Source: an uncultured Bacteroidaceae bacterium
GTDB taxonomy: Bacteria > CAIWAD01
Direction: 5' to 3'
Length of the DNA stretch: 64,000 nt
NCBI GenBank assembly: GCA_964568855.1
Contig: CAZMSD010000003.1
Location: forward strand, 25,848 to 89,847
In this document: positions 48,113 through 57,261 of the stretch, piece after piece
How the letters are laid out: every line of letters starts with the position of its first letter
Position numbering within the stretch: the first letter of the stretch is position 1
The notes under the pieces: model-generated
Database searches by the model: none
What the model was told of the DNA's origin: nothing
Seen by the model: the letters and a program-made list of their open reading frames with translations, nothing else
Position numbers and translations under genes: made by a program

Positions 48113-51100
48113 TCAGCGGCCCACCTCAACGACCGCCGCTTCTCCGCTCCCGGCGCCGCTCAAGGCGATGTCGCACACTTCCACCACGCGGTAGTAGCGC
48201 TTTTCGCCGTGCACAACCGTGTCGGACCAGACCTGGTCGGGACCGGTCACCGGCACGATGTCCACCGGCGTGGGACCGAAGCCGTAGGCGTCGGTGCTGC
48301 GATAGATGTGATACTCGTTGCCGATCTCGCCGCCGTTGATCACCAGGTCGATGGTGATGTAGTTGTTCACCGCCTCGACGGTGATATCGTGAATCCCGCA
48401 GCCGGCGCCCACGATCAGCGTGGCGGGCACCGTGATCTCGGGCTCGTCCGGATCGTTGCTGGTGATCACGATGTCGGCGTTGTATTCTCCGTCGGCCAGG
48501 CCCTCGGAATTGAACAGCACGTCGACGATCAGGGTCTCGGTCGGGTTCACGTCTCCGCCGGAGCTGCCCAGGGCGATCCAGTCGGGGCCGGAAGCCAGCT
48601 CGACGCTGTAGGCCAGCGCGTTGGGCAGCACGTTGCCCGCGCCGTACCCGTTGCTGTAGGCGTGCTCCCAGGTCTGGCCCGTGGCGACCACGCTGCCGGG
48701 GCCGAAGTCGTGCTCGACCGTGGTGGGCAGTCCACTCTCGTTTTCCGTGATGATCTGCGTTCCATCGGGCAGCACGTTGAAGTACTCGTGGCTCGCATAG
48801 TTGCCGTCGAGCGGCTCGGAGATGCCGTCCATCATCGGGTGTCCGGGATCGCTGATGTAGTTGTTGTAGTCCAGGTCCTCGTTGCCGATGGCCAGCCCGC
48901 CGGGCAGGGGCATGTCGTTGATGCGGTACGAAGACCAGGTGGCGGTGTGAATCTGCATCACGCCGCCGCCGGAAAGGAAGTCCTCGAACCAGCCCTGGTT
49001 GGCGATCATGGCATTGTAGAAGTTCTGGTCCTGCTGCGATTCGATCACGATCAGGTCGAAGGGCGTCAGGTCGATGACGCCCATGTCCGACGACCCGGTG
49101 GTAGACACCGTGACGCCCATGCCCTCGAGCAGGGGCTGATTCACGTCGTAGCCCCAGGGCAGGTTGTCGCGGAAGAGCAGCACGTTGATCGTCCGGCTGT
49201 AGGCGGGCTGCAGGTTGCGCCGCGCCGGCACCTGAGAAACGCTTTCATCGTTGGTCGCCGCGGCCGCGCCGAATTCCTGCGCAGGCCTGCGGTCGGGCAA
49301 CTCGGGCGGCTCGATCGAGGAGGCCGGGACGTCCACGTTCTCCAGGACCAGCGAGACGGAGAGCACGCTGCCCCCGTCGTTGCGGATGTTCAGCGGCACG
49401 GTCGAGGTCTGGTCGGTCTCGAGGTTCTCCACGATGCTGAGGGGATCCACGTCGATGTCGGGTTCCAGGACCACCGTGCCGGACACGATCAGCTCCGCGT
49501 TGGGATTGTCCGAATTATTGACGTGCGTCAAGGTCTCGGAGAAGGCGCCCACGGCGACGGGTGTCACGCTGACCGTGTTCTGCTCGGAGCCGATGGGGAC
49601 CACCGTGTAGCTCGTGTACTCCGGAACCAGGATTCCCGCGCTGGGAATGATGTCGGTGACGAAGAGCGTGTCCAGGCCCAGGTTGAGGATCTGGTAATCC
49701 ACGTCGTAGGAGTAGCCTAGGTAGATCGTGCCCAGGTCGATGGGATCGGGGCTGAAGCTGATGTGCGGGCCCTCGCTCAGCCAGCCGGTGGTGATCAGCA
49801 GGGTGAACTCGTCCTGCAGGGGCGAGGCGTTCTCGTGATACGAATTGTCGAAGACGTACTGGATGCCGTCGTCGCCGGCGGGGTTCTCGATGCCCACCGT
49901 GCAGCTGTTGGTGCGCCCCAGGTGGTTGATGTAGACCTTCCACTGGCCGTCGCCCGTGACGGTCGGATAGTAGGCCGGATCCTGCAGCACCACCTGCATG
50001 GTCACCTCGCCGCCGCCGCCGTAATACGGCGTGTCGTTCCACTCCACGATGAACTCGTGCGTGGCGGGATCGAGGTAGGTGTAGATCATCCCGCCGCTGG
50101 CCGGGTTGATGTCGTCCCAGTGCGGGTAGACGCAGCCGTTGGGAGTGCTGGGGTTGGGGATCGTCTGGTTGGAATATGTCGTGTAACCCGTGGTTCCCGG
50201 CGCCACGTAGCCGTTGGAACACACGGTGAGCTGGCTGTAGGTCGTACCGTAGAAGTCGTAGTCGAAACCGGTGGCGACCGTCGTATAATCGTCGTCGGAA
50301 AGAGACATGGGCGTGCCCACGCCGGAGATGCTGTTCCAGACGTAGGGCACCCCGCCCACGTCGTTGATGTCGTAGATCACGTATCCGTAGTCGTCCGGCG
50401 GGGTGGGCGAGTAGATCGGGTCGTCCGGGATGTAGAAGTCCAGCGGCGTCGTGGTGTTGGCCGTCACGAAGAAGTCCTCCACCAGCTCGGAGCCCAGGCC
50501 CGCGGCGGTGGCCAGGAAATCGTAGCTGGCGTCGCCGGGAAGATCGATGCTGTAGGAGCCGTCCGGTCCCGAATAGACCGGCGTCACGGGAGTTCCGGGC
50601 ACCGAGACCTCGGCGCCTTCCACCGTGTGCCCGTGGGTGTCGTTGACGATGCCCGCCACCGTGCCCTGGTCGGCAATCTGCAGCTGCACGTCGACCCAGG
50701 TGGTATCGTCCACCGTAACGTAGACCGCTTCCTGGTGTTCAACGTACCCGAAGGCGTTGTACTTAAGCGTGTAGGATGAATCGCCGGGCAGGGCCAGGAA
50801 ATAGTCGCCGTTGGCGTCGGCCTGGACCTGCTGGGCGCCGCCCACCACGCTGACCACGGCCTGCAGCGGGTCGCCCGTGTCGAGGTCGGTGACCGTGCCC
50901 GCCACGCGGCCGTAACCGGTCATGGCCATCGTCACGGCCGTGTAGGCGTCGATCATGCCCATGCCCGTGTTGTTGTCGTCGCCGGGGGTATCGAGATCGA
51001 TGGCCGTGTCGAAGATGATCTGCTTGATGCTGGTGACGTCCAGGCCCGGATTGGCGCTGCGCATCAGGGCCACTACGCCGGCGATGTGCGGGCAGGCCAT

Positions 51101-52381
51101 CGAGGTTCCGCTCCAGCCGCCCTGGTAGCCGCCGCCGGGCACGCTGGAGTAGATGTTCTCACCGGGCGCCGAGATGTCGGGCTTGATCATCAGGACGGGA
51201 TCGGCCGTACAGGAAGAGGGGCCCCGACTGGAGAATGAAGCCACGTAGGGATTCTCCGGGTCGTCGATGTTCAGCGCCGCCACCGCAAATGTGGTGTAGA
51301 TCGTCGCCGCCCTCGAGGCCGGCGAGCGCAGACCGCTGAAGCTCTCGTTGCCCGCGGCGAAGACCACCACTTCCCCCGCCGCCTCGCAGTTGTCGATGGC
51401 GACCCAGTAGGTCTCGTCGCACTCGGGACGATAGGCGTGGGGAATGCCCCAGGAGTTGCTGATCACGTCGGGCATGTCCTCGAGCGTACCCGGATCGCCG
51501 TCGGGATCAAGCGCCCACTCGAAGGACTGCAGGGCCAGCACGATGGTGCCCTCGATGCCCCCGCCACTGGGATGGTCGATGGTGGCGGCGGCGATCCACT
51601 CGGCGCCCCAGGCCACGCCCACCGTATCCCCGGTGCTGGGAGACATGCCGGTGATGGTGCCCATGGTATGCGTCCCGTGTGATCCCGAGTCGTAGGGGTA
51701 GGTCTGGCTGAGTACGGGATCGTAGAAGCACTCGGCCGCCGGGGCATGGTTGCCGCGCCAGCGGTCCGTCAGGGCTGTGTGCGGTCCGTCAACTCCCGTG
51801 TCGATGTTGCAGACCAGGGTGCCGGTTCCATTGATGCCCAGTTCGTACCAGACCTGGGGAGCGTTGATCACGGGCAGGCCGTTGCCCAGGGTGCGACTGT
51901 CGCGACCGGCTTCACCTTCCTTCGGGGTAGCGATCTCCGGTTCGATCAGCTCGATGGGATAGTTGGGATACAGGTCGCCGGTGTCGCCGCGGGCGGCCAG
52001 TTCCTCGATCACTTCCACCGTGGCGTTCACGTAGATCATGTTGGCCACGTGGAAGCTGCGCAGGTCGCGGACCTCCCCGCTCTCCTCGTAGAGTTCGAGC
52101 AGGGCCAGGACATCCTGCTGGCTCTCGGCGGCCAGCTCGCGCAGCTCGGTAACCACGATTTCGTGGCGTTGCTGCAGGCTGACTCTCTGGGCCCGAAGGG
52201 CTTCGTCCACCTGGCCCGCCGGGTACTGCTGGTCCATCATGACCAGGGCGTCGATGAACTCGCCCGGTCCCAGGTCCCTGAGCTGTTCCGCGAGATTGTC
52301 CGAAATGCGCCCTCCCAGGGCCGTCCCGCTCACAAGCAGGGTCGCGCAGACAGCGAACAGCAGATTCATTCTCTTTCTCAT
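48113..52381 (-). CDS. Very large secreted subtilisin-family (S8) serine protease with multiple beta-sandwich/carboxypeptidase-regulatory-like domains.
   Basis: The signal peptide is MRKRMNLLFAVCATLLVSGTALG. An I9-like propeptide follows. The S8 catalytic triad blocks are NIDTGVD, SHGTHTMGTITG and GTSMACPHIAGVVALM. About 900 aa of C-terminal beta-rich repeats follow. No T9SS, LPXTG or other sorting tail is recognised. Confidence 0.85.
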   Translation of the reverse strand: MRKRMNLLFAVCATLLVSGTALGGRISDNLAEQLRDLGPGEFIDALVMMDQQYPAGQVDEALRAQRVSLQQRHEIVVTELRELAAESQQDVLALLELYEESGEVRDLRSFHVANMIYVNATVEVIEELAARGDTGDLYPNYPIELIEPEIATPKEGEAGRDSRTLGNGLPVINAPQVWYELGINGTGTLVCNIDTGVDGPHTALTDRWRGNHAPAAECFYDPVLSQTYPYDSGSHGTHTMGTITGMSPSTGDTVGVAWGAEWIAAATIDHPSGGGIEGTIVLALQSFEWALDPDGDPGTLEDMPDVISNSWGIPHAYRPECDETYWVAIDNCEAAGEVVVFAAGNESFSGLRSPASRAATIYTTFAVAALNIDDPENPYVASFSSRGPSSCTADPVLMIKPDISAPGENIYSSVPGGGYQGGWSGTSMACPHIAGVVALMRSANPGLDVTSIKQIIFDTAIDLDTPGDDNNTGMGMIDAYTAVTMAMTGYGRVAGTVTDLDTGDPLQAVVSVVGGAQQVQADANGDYFLALPGDSSYTLKYNAFGYVEHQEAVYVTVDDTTWVDVQLQIADQGTVAGIVNDTHGHTVEGAEVSVPGTPVTPVYSGPDGSYSIDLPGDASYDFLATAAGLGSELVEDFFVTANTTTPLDFYIPDDPIYSPTPPDDYGYVIYDINDVGGVPYVWNSISGVGTPMSLSDDDYTTVATGFDYDFYGTTYSQLTVCSNGYVAPGTTGYTTYSNQTIPNPSTPNGCVYPHWDDINPASGGMIYTYLDPATHEFIVEWNDTPYYGGGGEVTMQVVLQDPAYYPTVTGDGQWKVYINHLGRTNSCTVGIENPAGDDGIQYVFDNSYHENASPLQDEFTLLITTGWLSEGPHISFSPDPIDLGTIYLGYSYDVDYQILNLGLDTLFVTDIIPSAGILVPEYTSYTVVPIGSEQNTVSVTPVAVGAFSETLTHVNNSDNPNAELIVSGTVVLEPDIDVDPLSIVENLETDQTSTVPLNIRNDGGSVLSVSLVLENVDVPASSIEPPELPDRRPAQEFGAAAATNDESVSQVPARRNLQPAYSRTINVLLFRDNLPWGYDVNQPLLEGMGVTVSTTGSSDMGVIDLTPFDLIVIESQQDQNFYNAMIANQGWFEDFLSGGGVMQIHTATWSSYRINDMPLPGGLAIGNEDLDYNNYISDPGHPMMDGISEPLDGNYASHEYFNVLPDGTQIITENESGLPTTVEHDFGPGSVVATGQTWEHAYSNGYGAGNVLPNALAYSVELASGPDWIALGSSGGDVNPTETLIVDVLFNSEGLADGEYNADIVITSNDPDEPEITVPATLIVGAGCGIHDITVEAVNNYITIDLVINGGEIGNEYHIYRSTDAYGFGPTPVDIVPVTGPDQVWSDTVVHGEKRYYRVVEVCDIALSGAGSGEAAVVEVGR

Positions 52382-52799
52382 GCCGTGCTTCCTTTCGGCT
52401 TTATCCATGCTGGGTGATCTGTATCAGTTTTATAGGCATCTCGGCGAGACGGGAGGTTGCGTGCCGCCTGTCGAGTATCGTTTGCAGGTTGCTGCAAGAT
52501 GCAGGAGATCCCTTTGATCCGCGTGAATACGGGGATCTGCGATTCGCTGAAAACCATGGATGCCTGGCTTCATGGTTGGAACAGTCGATTCCGGACGAAT
52601 CGACCGGATGCAGCATGAGACCTGCATTCCAGTCGAACAGAAAACGCAAGTATCGAGCCAGCCCGACCCAATATTCATCATCATTATTAACAAGATGTTG
52701 CCTGAACTGGCGTAGCTCGCGGACCTCCATCTACTGCGCAAAGTGCCGGATTTTGTGCACCTGAGGCGCTTCCACGTGACGGCCGGCGGATCAGCGGCG

Positions 52800-54080
52800 C
52801 TACTTCAGTAATTCAATCTTGCGGATCAGACCTTCCACGAGCTGCTCGGTGCCGGCATGGCCGCCCAGGTCGGGCGTGAGATCGCTCTTGTCCGCCAGGA
52901 AAAGTGTCAGCGCCGCCTGGATGCGGTCGGCCGCGGGGGACTCGCCGATATGTCGCAGCATCATGTTGGCGGAAAGGACCGTGGCCACGGGATTGGCGAT
53001 GCCCTTGCCGGCGATATCCGGCGCACTGCCGTGCACCGACTCGAACACGGCGTAATCGTCGCCGATGTTGGCGCCGGGAACCACGCCCAGTCCGCCCACC
53101 AGGCCGGCCGCCAGGTCCGAGATGATGTCGCCGTAAAGATTGCCCAGCACCACCACGTCGAATTGCTCGGGATGCATCACCATCTGCATGGCGCAGTTGT
53201 CCACGATGATCTCCTTGAGGGCGATCTCGGGATAATCGCGGGCCACGCTGCGTACGCACTTCAGGAACAACCCGTCGCTCTTCTTCATGATGTTGGCCTT
53301 GTGCACCGCGTGGACCAGGCTCCGGCCGTGAGCGCGGGCCCATTCGAAGGCCGCCCGGGCGATGCGCAAGGAAGCGGCCTCGGTGATGATCTTCAGCGAC
53401 TGGGCCACGCCGGGAGCCACGTCGTGTTCCATGCCCGCGTAGAGGTCCTCCGTGTTCTCGCGGAAAATGACCATGTTGATCGGGTGGTGGTGCAGGGTGA
53501 CGCCCAGCGATGAGCGCACCGGGCGCACGTTGGAATAGAGGTCCAGGGCTTTGCGCAGGGTCACGTTGACCGAACGGAATCCCTCTCCGATGGGCGTGGT
53601 CAGCGGCCCCTTGAGCGCCACCTTGTTGGTCCGGATGGAATCCAGGGTTTCCTCGGGCAGGGTGTTCCCGTGGGTTTTGACCGCCGCAGCCCCGGCGGGC
53701 ATGATTTCCCAGTCGATCTTCACTCCCGCCGCGCTCAGGATCTTCCTCGCAGCGCCCGTGACCTCGGGTCCGATGCCGTCACCCTGGATCAGGGTGATGC
53801 GATGTGCCGCCGGTCGCTTAGCTGTTGCCTTGTTCTTCTCCGTAGTCCGGCGAGGCTTCGAGGAGCCTCTTGCAGCGCCCGCCTTCACCGCGCCTGCCGG
53901 CGATTTCCTGACTGTGGCTTTCGTTCCTGCCCTGCCGCGCGGGACGCTGCCGGGCTTCCCTGCGGTCTTGGTCCCTTTACTGCCCGCGCTCTTCGATCCT
54001 GCGGCGCTCCCGGCACTGGTTTTCTTCGCGGCCCTGGCCGAATTCGACATTTCCGGAATCCTTCCCATCTTGGAAATCAC
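52800..54080 (-). CDS. icd: NAD-dependent isocitrate dehydrogenase (isocitrate/isopropylmalate dehydrogenase family) with a ~95-aa Lys/Ala/Gly-rich N-terminal extension.
   Basis: The catalytic core runs from ITLIQGDGIGPEV to the end. Core motifs include SVNVTLRKALDLYSNVRP, KANIMKKSDGLF and NLYGDIISD. The N-terminal region is SAGSKGTKTAGKPGSVPRGRAGTKATVRKSPAGAVKAGAARGSSKPRRTTEKNKATAKRPAA. Its GC3 is high in frame. No in-frame ATG, GTG or TTG occurs near the core start, so the fusion is read-through rather than an annotation artefact. Confidence 0.75.
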   Translation of the reverse strand: MISKMGRIPEMSNSARAAKKTSAGSAAGSKSAGSKGTKTAGKPGSVPRGRAGTKATVRKSPAGAVKAGAARGSSKPRRTTEKNKATAKRPAAHRITLIQGDGIGPEVTGAARKILSAAGVKIDWEIMPAGAAAVKTHGNTLPEETLDSIRTNKVALKGPLTTPIGEGFRSVNVTLRKALDLYSNVRPVRSSLGVTLHHHPINMVIFRENTEDLYAGMEHDVAPGVAQSLKIITEAASLRIARAAFEWARAHGRSLVHAVHKANIMKKSDGLFLKCVRSVARDYPEIALKEIIVDNCAMQMVMHPEQFDVVVLGNLYGDIISDLAAGLVGGLGVVPGANIGDDYAVFESVHGSAPDIAGKGIANPVATVLSANMMLRHIGESPAADRIQAALTLFLADKSDLTPDLGGHAGTEQLVEGLIRKIELLK

Positions 54081-54321
54081 TGTACCGATTCCCGGCGTCA
54101 GGGCCCAGACCGGACCTTCCGCCGCTTCCCCGTTTGAAACGGCCTAATTAGCCATGTTATCTCTGGAATGTCAAAGTATTTAAGGTTTAACTAACATTGT
54201 CCGGGGTGTAGTTCATCATTGCTGACCGCTTGAGAACTCCAAGTCAGGGAGCTTTTGCCTAAATTGCCGTATAGATCAACAGATCTGCATCAACAGCATC
54301 ACGTGATACAGCAGGGAGGAG

Positions 54322-55140
54322 GTGTTCATGCGCGCAAGGCTAACAATGCGCTTGGTCCTCGCGAGTCTTCTGCCCTTACTTCTGATCACCTCCTGCGAGG
54401 AGAACTCCAACAGCTTCGAGACTATCGAGCTGGAACTATGCGATCAGCCGACGGAGTCCGGTGTTTGGGAATTCGAGAATTGCGTAGAGTGGCCTCTGAA
54501 TTCGGTGGAGTCCTGCGCGGCCGCGGGCGCCCCGGAGTACGAACCGGAACAGGAGGTCCAGTTCCACTACTCGATCCAGAATCTCGATACGGTGGCCCTG
54601 ACGATTCCGATGAGCGGTACGCCGGGCGTGGAGTTCAACATTGAACAACTGGGCTGGCGCGGCGGCGGCATAGACGATTCCATCGCCTGGGAGCTGATCC
54701 TGGGGCCCCAGGATAGCTTTACGCGTTCCCTGGAAACCGTCGTGACCGATTCCACGGGTTCTCCCCCACCCGATGGCTACTACGTCTTCTCTGCGCAACT
54801 GTCCGGCTCGATCGATTCCACGACCGTCTTTCCGGTCGAATACGGCTTCATGCTCAGTTCAGCGGCCTCGGAGACGGTGCCGCAATCCTTCGACCTCTTC
54901 GTTTGCTGGCACGATGAAGACCTTGACACCTTGGTTATCTTCGTCAACCTGCCGCAATCCGGCCATCTACGGCTGAGCATCTCGCTGGTGGGCGGCGGAT
55001 TCACCGAAGTCCTGATGGACGGGATGAGTGAAGCGGGCACGCATGTCTACGGCTGCTCCGTGCTTGGTCTGGCCGGCGGCACCTATGCCGTCGTCCTGGA
55101 CGCGGACGCATATCGCCGGGAGCTGCGTTTCGAGTTGTAG
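54322..55140 (+). CDS. Hypothetical lipoprotein.
   Basis: The lipobox is LLPLLLITSC. The protein is 272 aa and acidic. No recognisable domain is present. Local GC is lower than the window average. Confidence 0.5.
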   Translation: MFMRARLTMRLVLASLLPLLLITSCEENSNSFETIELELCDQPTESGVWEFENCVEWPLNSVESCAAAGAPEYEPEQEVQFHYSIQNLDTVALTIPMSGTPGVEFNIEQLGWRGGGIDDSIAWELILGPQDSFTRSLETVVTDSTGSPPPDGYYVFSAQLSGSIDSTTVFPVEYGFMLSSAASETVPQSFDLFVCWHDEDLDTLVIFVNLPQSGHLRLSISLVGGGFTEVLMDGMSEAGTHVYGCSVLGLAGGTYAVVLDADAYRRELRFEL

Positions 55141-55214
55141 TCAAGGAAACCGGGGACCCGCCGCAGCGAACCCCCGGTTGGATTCCGTGATACAAATGCC
55201 GCCCGGCGCGGGAC

Positions 55215-56021
55215 TCACTCGCCGCCGGCGCCCGCCCGGACCTCCAGCTCGAGCATGCCGGAATCCCCTGACCCGTCTTCATTGCGCCTGATCAGGATCC
55301 GGGCCGACTCCGCGTCCACGCCCTGAGCCTCCAGCTGCTCCCTGACCATTTCGCGGATCTGCTCTTCGGACATCTCGCCGGTGACGGAGAGATCGAGATT
55401 CAGGTCCTGCAACCGGCCCGCACCGGCTGATCCGGCCTCTCCGTCGAAGAGCTTGATCTCCAGCAGGCCCGCCTCGCCCGCACCGGCGGAGGATTCATCT
55501 TCAGGCACTTCCACTTCGAGTTGCAGGCCCTCCGCTCCGGCGCCCCGGGAAACGGTCACCGCGCCCTCGAAACCGCTCGCCGCGAGCCGCTCGTTCAGCA
55601 GGCGGTTGATCTCCTCGTCGTTCAGTCCGCCGACATCCAGCGAGACGCTGAACAGGCGGTCCACCATCATGTCGTACAGGGTGCCCTCCGCGGCTTCGAC
55701 CAGGGTCCTGGCGTCGAAGGCTCGCAGTCCCTCCAGGCGCTCGAGATCGCCCAGGTCGCTCCGCTCCGCGTTGAGCAGGCGGGCGGTGATCTCATGCAGG
55801 GGCGGCTCCCCCTCCGTGGTGCTGATGTTCAGGGCGCTCAAGGTCCAGGGCCCGCCGCGCAATTCCTCGATCGCCGGCTCCAGTTCGCCCGCCACCAGCA
55901 GGTTGACTTCCGTTCCCGTCTCGCGCTCGTAGCCCATCGGCACCGTGCAGGCGGCCACCAGGGCCAGCAGGCAGGCCGCCGCCGCGTATTTCAGGACTTT
56001 CCAGGTCTTCGGTTCGAACAT
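55215..56021 (-). CDS. Acidic lipoprotein or membrane-anchored protein downstream of the ECF sigma factor; possible anti-sigma or co-regulated partner.
   Basis: The preferred start MFEPKTWKVLKYAAAACLLALVAAC gives a lipoprotein signal. Internal AGAG-containing repeats are present. The ORF track start (56207) would overlap the sigma gene by 53 nt. No anti-sigma zinc-finger motif is seen. Confidence 0.4.
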   Translation of the reverse strand: MFEPKTWKVLKYAAAACLLALVAACTVPMGYERETGTEVNLLVAGELEPAIEELRGGPWTLSALNISTTEGEPPLHEITARLLNAERSDLGDLERLEGLRAFDARTLVEAAEGTLYDMMVDRLFSVSLDVGGLNDEEINRLLNERLAASGFEGAVTVSRGAGAEGLQLEVEVPEDESSAGAGEAGLLEIKLFDGEAGSAGAGRLQDLNLDLSVTGEMSEEQIREMVREQLEAQGVDAESARILIRRNEDGSGDSGMLELEVRAGAGGE

Positions 56022-56154
56022 CGCTGCAACTCCATTTCGTGTCACACCGGGCCCCTTCCGGACCTCGGCTTCCACCCGCCGGCGCATTTCATCGAGATCC
56101 GGCCCCGTGCCCGTCGCGCCCGGATCCTCGAAGCAGTCCCTCAGCGGGTCCCGG

Positions 56155-56823
56155 TCAGCACCGCTGTCCGCCGAGTCCCTCGTCCCGGACGATTTCTTCG
56201 ATGTCATGATCCAGCTCCTTTTCCCTGTGCCGGCCGATCACCGCGAGCGGCAGCCCGCCTTCCAGCAGTCCGCGCAGCTCGCGGCGCGCCCGGCTCAACC
56301 GCGACTTGGAGGCGCTGAGGCTCTCGCCCAGCATTTCGGAGATCTCAGGCAGGCTGAAACCGGCCACGTAATACAAGAGCACGATCCGTCTGCGGGCCGG
56401 ATTAAGCCTGGCCAGCGCGGCCCTTAAGTGCATCCGGCGCAGGTTCATCTCGTGCGGATCACCCGCGCAATCGGCGCTTTCGAAGCGTCCTTTGAACCCG
56501 GGTCCGGCGGCCTCCCCGGCGCCCGCCGTTGGCCTTCCGTCCTCTCCGCGGCGAGGAGCGTCGAGCGAGCGGAAGCGGCGCCAGAATTCCCGCTTGCGCT
56601 GCCTCCCGGCCTCGTTGGCCAGGATGCGGAAGATCCAGGCCCGGAATTTCCCGCGGTCCCTGAGCCGTTTGAAGGAACACAGGCCGATCAGCAGGCTCTC
56701 CTGCAGCAGGTCCTCCCAGCGTTCCGGCAGCGTGTGGCGCGCGAAGGCGCACAGGCGGCCGTAGAGGGGTTCGACCTCCCGCCAGAACTGCTCATCGTTT
56801 CGCGACGTCGGCTGATGCATCAT
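56155..56823 (-). CDS. ECF-type RNA polymerase sigma-70 family factor.
   Basis: Region 2 is ESLLIGLCSFKRL...FRAWIFRILANE. Region 4 is RRIVLLYYVAGFSLPEISEMLGESLSASKSRLSRARREL. The protein is 222 aa. Confidence 0.8.
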   Translation of the reverse strand: MMHQPTSRNDEQFWREVEPLYGRLCAFARHTLPERWEDLLQESLLIGLCSFKRLRDRGKFRAWIFRILANEAGRQRKREFWRRFRSLDAPRRGEDGRPTAGAGEAAGPGFKGRFESADCAGDPHEMNLRRMHLRAALARLNPARRRIVLLYYVAGFSLPEISEMLGESLSASKSRLSRARRELRGLLEGGLPLAVIGRHREKELDHDIEEIVRDEGLGGQRC

Positions 56824-57000
56824 CGGATCGCGGCCTCCAGTCTGGTAGCAAGAGACTCGAGGGTCGAAAAAGGTCGCAGGCGGAGAGTATTTTCAGAATC
56901 GCCCGCGGTCCTCCCCGGGCGGATCGGGGACAGGGATCTTCATTGCTGGCAGCTTGAAGCTCGAACCGAACCCGCGGCCCGGCGGCCCGGAGAGACCGCT

Positions 57001-57261
57001 TCAGGGTGCTTCATTCCCGGATGATCCCCCCTTCGGCGCGTCGTCCGCGGAGGTATCACCGGTCGCTGCGTCCTTGGGAGATTCTTTCGCCGGCTCGTCC
57101 TCACCGCGCTCGCCCTTGGCGGGCTGCTCATCGAAGAGCATGCGCAGGGCGGGCGTCTTCAGGTCGTCGAACTGCCCGCTCCGTGCGGAGCGGATGAAGG
57201 CGACCAGCATTCCCGCGGCGATCAGGACGGCCAGGGGCAGGACGAGGTAGATCACGGACAT
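57001..57261 (-). CDS. ccoS: cbb3-type cytochrome oxidase maturation protein CcoS/FixS, with an acidic C-terminal tail.
   Basis: MSVIYLVLPLAVLIAAGMLVAFIRSARSGQFDDLKTPALRMLFDE matches the CcoS consensus. The protein is 86 aa with a ~35-aa Glu/Asp/Lys-rich tail. Its start overlaps the ccoI stop. Confidence 0.7.
   Translation of the reverse strand: MSVIYLVLPLAVLIAAGMLVAFIRSARSGQFDDLKTPALRMLFDEQPAKGERGEDEPAKESPKDAATGDTSADDAPKGGSSGNEAP

Noticed and set aside
48056-50779. Plus-strand ORFs 48056-49720 and 49763-50779.
   Set aside because: They are antisense to the S8 protease, which has an unambiguous catalytic triad.
52401-52730. 109-aa minus-strand ORF in the AT-rich spacer between the protease and icd.
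   Set aside because: There is no RBS or domain evidence, and it lies in the likely protease promoter region. I could not support it as a gene.
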